Positions 1 through 11,663 of a DNA stretch of 64,000 nt are shown here, one piece after another; position 1 is the first letter of the stretch, and each line of letters opens with the position of its first letter. The notes under the pieces are model-generated. The model did no database searches and had not been told where the DNA came from. It saw nothing but the letters and a program-made list of their open reading frames with translations. A program made the position numbers and the translations under genes. The DNA comes from Vitrella brassicaformis CCMP3155 (lineage: Eukaryota > Protista > Chromerida), in assembly GCA_001179505.1 (NCBI GenBank), contig CDMY01001057.1, forward strand, positions 153,122 through 217,121, read 5' to 3'.

Positions 1-15
1 ACCTGTGTGTGATCG

Positions 16-216
16 ATGGCCGCGTCTGTGTCTGCCGTGTGCTTCTTGTTGGCCTTGATGGGTGTGAATTGGCTGGGCGGGTTGGCAGTGAGGAACCAAG
101 GCAGAGACGAGACACCACCACCACCACCAGCAGCAGCAGGGGACTCAGTGACGGCAGTGGTCGTCGACGGCATGAAGACCGGCGCGAAGGGGTTGAGGCG
201 AGACGACGCAAGCTGA
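16..216 (+). CDS. Short ORF with a signal-peptide-like N-terminus (hypothetical; possibly a gene remnant)
   Basis: ATG at 16; MAASVSAVCFLLALMGVNWLGG is hydrophobic, followed by a Pro/Ala tract; stop after 66 aa; no recognisable domain. Confidence 0.25.
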   Translation: MAASVSAVCFLLALMGVNWLGGLAVRNQGRDETPPPPPAAAGDSVTAVVVDGMKTGAKGLRRDDAS

Positions 217-451
217 TGCGACAACGAAGCGGAACTCTCCCTGCACAATCACACCAAAAACAGTAGCCCATCATTGCTTGATTGACTGATTCATTGATTT
301 ACTTGCGGTAGGGGCGGAACGTCGGCACAGAGAGAATGATGGGCTTCATGACGGCTGCTTTGCTTTGCTTGCTTGCTTTGCTTACAGAGGAATTCACAAT
401 CGACCGGTTTGCTTTTGCTTGTCGTGCGTACAGTACACACATGAATTCGAT

Positions 452-545
452 CCGGGACGCCCAGCTCAAGTGTCCCGTGTGCAACCAGGAGGCCCACTCT
501 GCCAGCACAGTCGACGCCATCCGAACAGCCGCCTGATCGGCAGCA
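452..545 (+). pseudogene. Orphan copy of the C-terminal RING tail and 3' UTR start of the gene ending at 47600
   Basis: ccgggacgcccagctcaagtg...ccgaacagccgcctgatcggca aligns with the reverse complement of 47590-47684 (DAQLKCPVCNQEAHSASTVDAIRTAA* vs DAQLKCPMCNQEAHYASTVDGIRTAT*); the upstream RING half is absent. Confidence 0.65.
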
Positions 546-987
546 CACCACATAGATAGACAGACCACCCACAAGCGTGGACAGACCTGAGTTGTAGCTC
601 ATGCGCCGATGGCCTGCATCCAGTCATGGCTTGTAGATGCGTACCTCTATGTTCTCTCAGACCCCTTCATTCAGCTGCATGCTTGCTTCATGCACCTGTG
701 TGACTGACCCTCCAGCGGTGTTCACGTCACTCACCGTCCATGTTTATAGTCTGTGAATACTATGTACTTTGCAAGTACTTTGCTACCGTCCATGAATTCA
801 TTCATTGTCATTCATTCCATACTTTGCATACCGATACCGATATACAGTATGTGCGCATGCTGTGTGTTCTGCAATGAGAGATCTCCATCAGACAAGCCAT
901 CAGATGTCATCCGATCCATTTGCAAGCTCAAGCTGCGGATCGCTCTCGGGGCTCCGCCTCTTTCCCGCTTTGCATCCCTCTTTAACG

Positions 988-3830
988 ATGGAGAGGACGC
1001 CAAAGGCGGTCAGGAAGACTCCTCGGAAGCGCCGCAATCCACCTGAGAGTGGTGATGTCATCTCAGTCGTTCGCCCCATCAACTTACTGGACGAGCGGGA
1101 GCGCTTCATGATCAGCGTGGGCGTCCTGCCGAAGTCTCCAACGCCCTCCAGCCCTCTGCCGACCGCCCCTCTGTCCATTTCAGCCCCCTCCTCCGCAAGC
1201 AACACGTTTCTGCTGGCGCCTTCGTCTTCCCTCCACATCCTGCCCCCTCTTGTGAACCGACCTCAGCCGCCCGTTGAGTCACATGAGTCGTCAGAGGCGC
1301 TCGACGGTGCCCTGCCGCGGCGCAGCATGTCATCTTCGCAGCTGATGGCCAGTGAGGACGACCGGGCGGCGCTCGAGGGGTGGGAGGAATCGAATGGTCT
1401 GCAGAGGAGGAGCTCGTCGGAAGAGGCAGAAGCAGACGCAGCGACAACGGATGCAGAGAAGCCATCATGTGTTGCAGCGGCTTCGGCATGTGACCCTGAG
1501 GACACGAGCGGTGTTTCTTCAACGACCGAGCTGATCCTGGGGGACTGCGACGGGCAGCATCATCCCTCGTTCCTTGTGCAGGGGTCTATTGCGCGGTCAC
1601 TGCATTCGATAAGGAGCCGCAACTCTCCCCCTCTCCGGCCATCCAACAGCCCCCCCACGCCCCTCCCCCCGCTCTCCCCAGAGTCGCCAGAGCGACGAGC
1701 AAGCGCAATCAATCCCGCCTTGGGGCACATCAGCGCAGACTCTGACGAGGAGGGCAGTGATGCAGATGAAGACATCGGGCCTCCCATGTCTTGTGGCGAG
1801 AGGATGCGGTCGAATCCTGTCTCGTCTGATGACTGCCCCGTGCTGCCGAGACACAAGCCTCGGCAGGGCAAGCACATGCCGTCCCTGACCAACTCGCCCG
1901 ACTCGTCACAGGCCCCCTCGCCAATCATCCAGTCGCCCAAACGACGCCTCGTCCCGCCTCAAGACGAGTCTTCAGGGAGGCTTCCTGCCGTCTCTGACCC
2001 CCCCTCCCCCTCCCCCCTGCTGCTGCTCGATCGAGCGCGGAGAGCAGACCCCCACCCGCCCTCATCAGCTATCGACGAGTCCCACCTGCCGTCTGCGCTG
2101 TCTTCCCCTCAGCTGCCCCAGCCACATGGTGAGTCGAGTTTTCCCCTGCTGGGCAGGCATATGCATGGCCTGGGGAAGGGCAGTATCGTCCTGGACCCGC
2201 TGAACAATGACAGGAGGAGAGATGTTGAGGCGGGGGTGCCGTACGACCCGCAGTTCCGCTATGCAACGCCGGTCCCCAGACACGTCTTTCAGCGATTTGG
2301 GACTGCTAGCGGTGGGCAACGACGGCAGCTATGCGGAGGGAGCATCAAGGAATTGACGCGTCAATGGTGTTGTTGTTGTGCAGATCAGTATTTGAATCAG
2401 GCAGTGATTGTTCTGGAGACGGTGCTGAAGAAGTATGGCTCATACGAGAGGTATGTTGAGGAGAACGGCGGCCCCATGATCGGGCAGGACGCCATCATGA
2501 AGATCGTCGACGAGTACCTCGACATCCACCAGCTTAGGGGAGACATATCTGTGGTCTTCTGCCCCAACCTCGTCGCATTCGGTCAGCAGCACAAACAGAC
2601 ACACACACACGCCTCTGTGGGTCAATGTGAGCGCGTTTTTTGTCGACACAGCGTCGTTTAAGATGGTGAATAAGCAGCCGGTGCTCAACTTGCGTGCCGA
2701 GGGCATGCGAGAGAAGTGGGTGCAGGGGTGCCTCCACCACGAGATCGGTACCCACTTCCTCAGGCGCCTCAACAACGCCAGACAGCCATGGGCAAAACGG
2801 GCCAAGAGGAAGGGGAGAAAACTCCTCCTCGAAGACAAAAACCCTACCGTAAGCTCTGTCTGTCTGTCTGTCTCCCGTCGGGTCGGTCGTGTGTGTCGGT
2901 GGTGAGCGGGAGAATTGCGGTGTTTGTATTTATGTGTGTGTGCAGGAGGAAGGTTTTGCGACCATCAACACGCTCATCGACCGTGAGGGCCACCATCTGT
3001 GGAGGGCCGCCCTGGCCTACTACACATGCTACATGGCAACTCAGGTCAGTCAGTACACACCCAAGCCAAGCCAAGCCCTGGATGGATGGATGGATACGCT
3101 CACATCGGCTGTCTGTCTCCCCGTGCTATGCGTGTCTCAGATGTCGTTTTCTGCTCTGTTTGACCATCTTGCAAGGTTTCTCGAGGACCCAGACTCACGG
3201 TAGGGAAGAGTGAGACGTCAACACCGGCTCAGTCAGCATCATGAACACCTCATTTGTGGTGCCTCTCATTGTCTTCAGCTGGGATTTTTGTATGCGTGCT
3301 AAGCGAGGGCTGACCGACACAAGTCGGCCAGGGGGATTCTGCAAGGACCAGGTGGGCACAAAGAAAGGACACACCGGTGAACAGACAGACAAAACCGCCT
3401 TCGTGAATCGTCTCTTGGATGGGTGTGAACGAACATGCAGATGTACCTGACCGGTGCACTGACTGTTCTGAGGCGCAGGAAGGAGATCGACTTCCGAGTA
3501 AGCCGACCAAGTCAGACAAGAACCGAGCTCTTTCCTCACCATCACTGTCTCCCTGCAGGCGCTTTACATGGGCAAAGTGAGCCTCGACGATGCCGAGCGA
3601 CTCAAAAGGTAAACAGAATGATGGAGCAACAGACAGGGGTGCGTGTGGATGGATGGATGGATGGATTTGCGTCTTGCTGTGTGCTCTGCTGTGTCTGTCG
3701 CAGGGAGGGCATAGCCGTGTTGGATGGTCTGAAGCTGCCCGTCTTCCTGCAAGACGAGGAGGCGTACCGAAGGAAACTGGACGTGGTCGTGGAATGCAAT
3801 GGCCTGTCCGATGATGTGCTCTGCACCTGA
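988..3830 (+). CDS. MATCAP: MATCAP/KIAA0895-family (DUF1704) zinc metallocarboxypeptidase, multi-exon, with a long disordered N-terminus
   Basis: HEIGTH (HExxxH) at 2738-2755, NPT|EEGFA across an intron, then LWRAALAYY, WDFCMRAKRGLTDTSRPGGFCKDQ, YLTGALTVLRRRKEIDF, MGKVSLDD. About 8 GT-AG introns. Stop at 3830; ATG at 988 (904 is an alternative). Confidence 0.88.
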
Positions 3831-4335
3831 CTGTGTGTCCTCATCATAGCCCCGGAGCACAGCACACATCGCTGTCCTCCGCCTGCCCTGCGTGTCTGTG
3901 GGTCTGCGTGGAGTGGAGGAGGTGCATACCGCTGTTTTTGCCGTCCTTGATGCCGCTTTGCAATGTGCAACTTCATGCCAGGTGTGTGCTGACTCCTTGC
4001 GCACATTTGTGGACATCCGGAGCAGATATTTTTGGCGGGGAATTTTGAGAATCATGCCACGAGGCAGATCGCCAAACCCCAGAAACCCTTCGCCTCGCCA
4101 GCCTTCGCCTTTTCGCGCCTTTGAGCGGCGCTGCGTCAGCCTTGCGCGTGTGAGCATCCGATGTGATGATCCCCCTGTCCATCCTGTCAGTTTCGCCCAG
4201 TACACCCAGTGCGTGATCTGCCCATCCTCCCGCCTCTGAGCAGCAGGGGATCTCACACAGGGAGTGCACCCGTCAGCTCACACACGCATCGGCGCCCGCT
4301 GTCTCGCGTGCGCGCCAGAGGGAAGGAGAGAGGAC

Positions 4336-7300
4336 ATGGCGGCCACCGGCAGCAAGATCCGCGTCGGCAACATCCACCCCCTGACGCCCAAGGGTGAGCA
4401 GGCGACACCATCTCACGCACACGAGGCCTCCCGGCACACACACAGGCGGAGAAAGGTGCGGGATGAGTCATGTCGTGGCGGTTCCCCGCATGTGTGTGTT
4501 CAGAGAAGCTGATCCAGGAGTTCCAGCAGTATGGCCACGTGTTGGAGGTGGATGTGGGCGACGACTGCGCCTACGTGACGTTCGAGCGGTCCGCATCGGC
4601 GCGGGCGGCGTGCGCGGATGCACACACCATCATGGGCCGAAGGGTACGAGTCGACAGGCGTGTCGTGTGTGGGGTGTCACCAGGCCAGATGCATGTCGCC
4701 GTTCGTGTGTGCGTGTGGTGTGGACCTGGGCGTGTGTGGTGGTGTGTTTGTGTGTGTTTGTATTTTGTGTCTGTGTCTCTCTGTGTCTGTGTGAGCAGTT
4801 GTCCCTGCAGTACGTTGCTGAGCCTCTCATCGGGGCCTGCAAAGTGTTCGTGGGAGGCGTGCCTAACGTGTCGGAAGGTGCACATCACATCCACACATCA
4901 AATCCACACGGACACAGACACACGGACACATACGCAGATCTAACTCTGTGTGTCTGGTGTTTGCATGCAGAGATCTTCACGCAGTACTTCTCCAAGTTCG
5001 GCAAGATCCGCCACTCCACCGTCTACTTCCACCCAGTCACCGGACGCCCCCGAGGTATGCCATCACAACCACACACACGCAACAGGCCTGTTGCACTTGG
5101 GTGTATGCTATGCGTCGTGTCGTGTCGTGTGTGGTGTGGTGTGGTGTGTTGTGTTGTGTTGTGCAGGTTTTGGTTTTGTTGAGTACGAGACTGAGGACGG
5201 TGCGTTGGAGTGCCTCAAACACTACCGATCACACAGCCTCATGGGCAAATGGGTCAGTCAGTGAGTGGCTGGTGCACACACACACACACCCATCCCTCCA
5301 TTGTGTGCACCCATGTGTGTGTCTGCGTGTGTGTAGGTTGAGGTGAAGCGTGCGGTGTTGGCTGACAGCGACCAGCCGCACCCCTGCCCCGCCAACCCCA
5401 AGAAGCACCTCAACTTCTCCCGCCGGGGTCCCAACCGATACTCCAACACAAACAACATCCACAACGACCACTACACCCACCACCAGCAGCACCAGCCATA
5501 CCGCACCATGCAGCCCTTCAACAAACGCGGCTACCACGGCGGATCAGGCGGTGGTGGAGGGGGTGCTGGTCACGGTAGCGGTGGTGTTGGTGCCGGGGGA
5601 GGTGGTGCAGGTGGGTTCATGGGGCGCGGCAACGCGTGGAACCAGGAGGAGCGCAACACACACGCGTTTGAGAGGCAGAAGGTCACGCTGTGGGCCAAGC
5701 GCGACCCGGCACACAATGGTGAGCACATAGGGGAGGGAGGGAGGGAGGGAGGAAGACCAAACAGATCTTTCAGTGACATCATCACGCGTCCTGTTCTGTC
5801 TGGGTGTTGGTATGTTGGTCAGGTACAGGCGTTGGTTCGTCGTCGGTGTCCAAGCCCCCGGAGGACCCCCACGCGGCGCAGCACCAGCGTTACATCAACC
5901 CGGCAGTAACCGAGACGGCCCACCCCACACCGGGGCACCACACACCCGAGCAGACCACCATCCCAGCCGCACACGAGCCGCCCGCCATACTGCCCACACC
6001 CACACACATGAAGAAGACCATGACCGGCGGACTCGCCGGTGGCTGCGGCCCCTCCGTGTCGCAGCAGATGGGCATCCAGCAGCAGGGCGACCACCAGTGG
6101 CAGTACCAGCACCAGCAGCAGGGGTACGGCGGCGCGGCGTTTGGTGGGGGCATGGGTCACGGACAGCCGATGGGCGGCGGTCAGACGGTGATGCCCGGCC
6201 TCATGTCTGGCCCCCCTGGTGGCGCGATGAATGGCATGCCGCCTGCCATGGCCATGCCGATGGGCCACCAGGGCGGTGCGGGCATCATGGGGGGACACCC
6301 CACGATACAGATGATGCCACCCAACGACATCCACATGACGGGCGGCGGCGGCGGCGGCGGCGGCGGCGGCCAGGCGTTCCCCACCCCACACACACCCCAC
6401 GGACACGGCATGGCGCCCTACCCCTACCCTGCACCTGCACCCGCCATCCCGCAGCCGCAGCCGCAGCCGCACATGGGCGGCCGCCCCACTGGACCATACA
6501 TGCCGCAAGTGCTGACCGTGGAGCAGCACTGCCCCACCACCCCCACCAACACCACCACCATGACGCAGCATTCCACTAAGGCAGACGGAGGTGGCCAGTG
6601 GCGCGACTTGGGCGGTCGCCAGGAGATCGATTTGCCGTCGTCCAACCTGGTGCTGGTCAAGCAACAGGGCCAGGAGGGTCAGGGAGGTGAGGAGGGCGAC
6701 TGCAAGGAGGGTGAGAAGGGTGGCTGCGCCAAGGGGCAGGGCGGCGGGTGCAAGAAGGGGGCGGATAGCGCCGCCGGCAAGGAGGCACACGCAGGTGCGT
6801 ACACACATCACATCACATCGACACAAATGGATGCGCCTGTCCCTCCGTCACGCATTCGTTGGTGTGTGTGGCTTTCTTGGTATCCTCACTCAGGTAGCGG
6901 TAGCGTTGAGGACATGGTGGCGATGCGCATCGGGTTCGTCCAGGAGAAGGAGGGCGGGCAGTCGACCACCACGCCGCCCACCACCTGCACCCTCCCCGCC
7001 TCGCTCCTCAAGGCCGAGGACGCCAAGGCCACCAACGGGGCCTTCATGATGCTCCGCGAGACATACGGCCTCCCCCGCACGCACAACCACACACTCGTCT
7101 ACTACACCAACACCAAAGCCAAGACCAACACCGACACCGACAAGACCAGCAACACCGAGGGCGGCGTGGTCGGGACCATGGGGGAGATGGTGGAGGTGGA
7201 GTCCCTCCAGATGCTCATCGACAAGGCGGCGGAGGGCCTGGCCTTCTACTGGCACGCACAATCGTCCACTCGCGTCCCGTCGGGCACGGCGAGTGAGGAG

Positions 7301-7456
7301 GGCAGCAAGACACCCGGCCGCCCATCCAAGCAGAGCAGCAGCGACGGAGGGCGTAGCACACCCGACGAGAAAACGGGCGGTGTGGCCAAGGGGGCCGGTG
7401 CTGACAAGGGCATCGGCAAGGAGGAGGTGGTGGGGGCGGGTGCCACGGAGGCGTAG
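4336..7456 (+). CDS. RNA-binding protein with two N-terminal RRMs, Gly/His/Gln/Pro-rich low-complexity middle and an unassigned C-terminal region
   Basis: RRM1 KIRVGNI...CAYVTF; RRM2 KVFVGGV (RNP2)...RPRG|FGFVEY (RNP1)...MGKW|VEVKRA (Musashi/hnRNP A/D-like). Exons join in frame at GT-AG introns; long last exon ends at 7456. Confidence 0.85.
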
Positions 7457-8250
7457 GTAGTGGTTGGTCGGCCTCGGTGGGCGGCCGGGCTGGTGGGGGT
7501 GGTATGTCTGGCCACTCCACCACCCCCCATCCCCCCGCGAGACAGACAGTCTCAGTCCAATAATATAGGTAGGGGAGTGATTAGGGGGCTGTGGCGCATG
7601 GCAGGGACGGATTGACGGATCGACGGATGGATCGCTTAGTGGTTGCGTGGCGTGCATGGCTGGCTGGCTGGCCGGCTGATCACCTTCTCTCAGCGGTCGG
7701 TGCCTTCACTCACTCCCTCCCTGTCTGCCTGTCTGTGTGCGTCGTCGCGTCATGTCTTCCATCGCTATGTCCTTATTGGTATGGCCTGCCTGCCTCCCTC
7801 CCTCTTGCCTTGTCTGCCTGCCTGCCTGTCTGCCCGTTTGCCTGTATGGTCGTGCGTGAGGGCACCTGGGGGCACATCATTCATCCTACCTACATACACA
7901 CATGCCACCACATCCCATGCATGCTCAGCACCACACGCCGATCATTGCCATGCATCACACTGCATTCCATTGCATTCCATTGCATCCCATCGCATCTCAC
8001 GGTGTGAAGCTAGCTTATTGCGTGCCTGCTGCTGCTTAGAGGGTCTTAGAGGGTTGTTTCAATCCATGCCTATGAAGCCATGCGCGTCGGCGACCTACTG
8101 ATGCATCGATCCATCGACTTACCGATTGGCGTGTATTGTATGCGTGTGGATGAATGTGCAATTTTCCGATTGACTGACTGGCTCCTTGCACCGTCTGCGT
8201 CATGTGGCATGCGTAGACAGACGGGCGGACGGATCTGTCAATACGGTCGA

Positions 8251-8253
<3 letters not shown>

Positions 8254-8280
<27 letters not shown>
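8254..8280. repeat. (GA)n microsatellite
   Basis: Perfect GA run; one of many SSRs in the 7.5-11.6 kb intergenic region. Confidence 0.95.
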
Positions 8281-8284
<4 letters not shown>

Positions 8285-8662
8285 CCTTCTGTTTTGGCAT
8301 TATGTAAGTGCTCCCTCCCTCCCTGTCTATAGCCCGTACATGTACTTACTTGTATATACGCTGTAAGAGATAGAGAGCGAATCGAATCGAGAGCAGTCTA
8401 GTCAGCCGTGACGGACGGACGGGTGGCTCACTGCCCTGCCCTCTCCCTGTGTGTGTGTGTGTGTGTCTTTTGTACCGACATGTAATCTCGTACGATCGCC
8501 CCCGACCTTCATGTGTAGATGTGTGTGTCCCAATCATTAGTGACCCTAGAAAGAGAGAGAGAGAGAGAGCACTCTCCCACTGCCATTCGGGCGACTGACA
8601 GACCGACCGGTTTTCGATCCTTGCTGCCGCGGATGCATCTATCTAGCTAGCCTTCTTCCCTT

Positions 8663-8682
8663 CTACTACTACTACTACTACT
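8663..8682. repeat. (CTA)n microsatellite
   Basis: ctactactactactactact seen directly. Confidence 0.9.
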
Positions 8683-10920
8683 CTACCACTTCCTCTAGTA
8701 TGTGAATACCCCACACCACATTACCGATGGAATGAGCTGACGACAGTCAGTCACTGTTCCCCTACGCTATGGTCTGCCCTAGCATAGCATAGCAGCACGA
8801 GTGTGTACAGTGGTACTCGTGCGTTGATCGGGCGGGCCGAGCCGAGCCGCTCAGTAGCTCACTGACAGAGCCAACGATAGATAGACAGACAGATGAGAAG
8901 GGTGGCCCGCCACCCATACCCACACCCACACGGCAAGCAGACAGATGCTACATATCTATACGCCACGCCTGCATTGCATACACGTTAGGTACCCACTGGC
9001 TGATGTATGGTTCACTTCCATGGATTGACGGATGGATGGATGTGCGTGCTTGCCGGGATTTGACGCACCTTCCCTGACGGTGCTCTGCGGCGGCAGCTTT
9101 CCATTGCTGGTCATCTGCCGCCGTGGTACATACTCAGGGAAGGATCATCAAATCTCCGCCGCGCACACACACAGTCAGAGAGACAGCGAGACAATCATAG
9201 TGGTAGCATGCACTGACCACATCACCCACTCACTTGCTATGCATGCCTGTGCCCATCACATACATACACACACGCACTCGTCTAGTACGCACCTACGCAC
9301 CCTCATCTACCCTACTCGCCCTTCTGCGATGATCTGATCATCTTGTGTCTCGTTGAGGTCGCGATCGGCTACGTCAGGCTGCTCCTTGTCAACAGAACGG
9401 CAAGAAGCAAGCTGAAGTAGTTGTGCGCAACATCGAGACACAAGCGATCGGTGGGTGGGAAGGAGGCCTGGGGATACCGCTTTCTTTCCTCCGCTTGCAC
9501 CGCCACCACTACATTACTTGCCTAGGGGCTAGCTACGACGTCACTCACACAGAGAAACAGACAGACAGACAGACAGACAGGTCACACCCGTGGTAATGAT
9601 ACCGGCCGAATTACATCGCCGTACGCCTCTGCACTACTGTACGGGACCATCTATGTCACTTGTACGCTTGTCCGTCGGTCAGATAACCTCCTTTTCACCT
9701 AAGACCTTCCTGGCTGGATGGCCCACTGACTCGCTCACTCAGTCACTCACTTTGCTCGGTCGCTGTTTGTGATGTGCACGGGCGCATGCGATTCCCATCT
9801 GCCTTTTCTGTCTTGTCTGCCTGCCTTCCTGCCTGCCTGCCTTCCTGCGTGCCTGCCTACCCCGCCCAAGCCAGCGGATCCACCCACTGGACGGGGCAGC
9901 GCAGCACGGCAGCTGTGAATAGCCTTACTTACCCATTCACTCACTCACTCGCCCACTCACCACTTGTCTGCGCACATGCGCTTACACACATACACACACA
10001 CCTTTCATGGTTTTAACCCGTATGGGCGGCAGACAGACAGACAGACAGACCAAGTGTTGATTGATGCCTCGGCTGTTTTGGTGCGCATGGCAGCAGACAT
10101 GCAGTAAGGATCGTACGCAGACAGAGAAACCAAACCGTCCATCTGGTTGCTTTGCCGCACTCGTGCATCCTTGATTTTGCCACACACAATTGGGTGTGCG
10201 TGTGCGTGGGTAACAAACACTACGGCTCGTAAAAACACACTGCCTGCACTCGTACGCACGTACGAGCAACAGAGCACCGAGGCTGTCTCTCTGTCCGTCC
10301 GTCTGTCTGCGTGCGGCCGATCCTCTCTCTCCTCTGTGTTTCCCCTGTAGGTCTTTTGCGTTGGCGAATGGCATTCATCCACTGCAGTACACGAATTGGA
10401 TTGTATGACGCACACACGTGGCTGTCTAGGTGGCTAGTAGTGGGTGGGTGGACGCGGGTATGGACGGGCATGGTGTGGTGTGGCTGTGCAGTGGTCTGGA
10501 TGGCTGGCATGTCTGTCTGTCTGGCTGGCTGTATGGCTGCGCGAATGAGTGGATAAGCGGTAGGAATGAGCCCAAGGGACGTCGAATAAGTTGACATGAC
10601 AGACACGGACAGACCAACGCCAACACATCATATGGATCAACGAACGAGCTGCGAACGACCTTCCCTTCTGATTGCGTTCGTTGATAAGAATCCGTCAGTC
10701 CCTGGTGGTTCATCGATCGCATCGCCCAGCGTCCTAGCTATCATTCATTACGTCATTAAATCATTCAGCCCTAGCTAGCTACTCATCCACACCAGTGAAC
10801 GACCGACCGGTACACACGCACATCCACACTCGTCTGTCCGTCCACCCCCGTCTCTCCCCCGACCGAGTGAGTGTTCATCATATATACATATCGATGCTTA
10901 CATACCCCCTACACCCCCCC

Positions 10921-11220
10921 NNNNNNNNNNNNNNNNNNNNNNNNNNNNNNNNNNNNNNNNNNNNNNNNNNNNNNNNNNNNNNNNNNNNNNNNNNNNNNNN
11001 NNNNNNNNNNNNNNNNNNNNNNNNNNNNNNNNNNNNNNNNNNNNNNNNNNNNNNNNNNNNNNNNNNNNNNNNNNNNNNNNNNNNNNNNNNNNNNNNNNNN
11101 NNNNNNNNNNNNNNNNNNNNNNNNNNNNNNNNNNNNNNNNNNNNNNNNNNNNNNNNNNNNNNNNNNNNNNNNNNNNNNNNNNNNNNNNNNNNNNNNNNNN
11201 NNNNNNNNNNNNNNNNNNNN
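10921..11220. other. Assembly gap (300 N) flanked by poly-C
   Basis: N run with C7 on the left and C11 on the right. Confidence 1.
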
Positions 11221-11663
11221 CCCCCCCCCCCTCTACACACCGACGGAAGGAATGCGCCGATACGAAAATGCCGAAAACTCCATGATTTATGCCATAGGTA
11301 GGAAAACTGCAGGGCGGAAAGGCAGCAAGGCAGCAAGGCAGAAAGGCAGCCAACCAATCGGTGACGACTTAAAAACGTAACACCACCATGCATGCATCCT
11401 TTCGCCCGGTCACTGATTGAGCCCATCCCCCCGGCGGTGATCTCTCTAGGTGCTGAAGGTCAGCATCCATCCATCCATCCAGCAAACCGTGCATGCAGTC
11501 GTCTGGCTAATCAGAGGGAGCGAAGCAGGGGCGAAGGAAAAGCCCCCCTGACTAACTATGCGCCCGCCACTCGCTTCCCCTTGTCGGCTACCAGTCCAGT
11601 GTGTAGTGTGTTGTTTGTTTGGATCTCTCTCTATGTGTGTGTGTGTTGTGTCTGTCTAACTGT

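Noticed and set aside
805-987. N-terminal extension of the MATCAP ORF from a TTG start
   Set aside because: A near-cognate start is unlikely in a nuclear gene; ATG 904 or 988 is preferred.
5819-6826. 335-aa antisense ORF (similarly 37266-38420, 49962-50831, 28311-29898)
   Set aside because: Shadow ORFs caused by high GC3 in real genes on the other strand or frame.
7591-10780. Many short ORFs in the long intergenic region
   Set aside because: Translations are microsatellite-derived (HTHT, CVCV, LPAC, TDRQ) with no coding-like exon chain.
10795-11426. ORFs spanning the first N gap
   Set aside because: Open only because N codons contain no stops.
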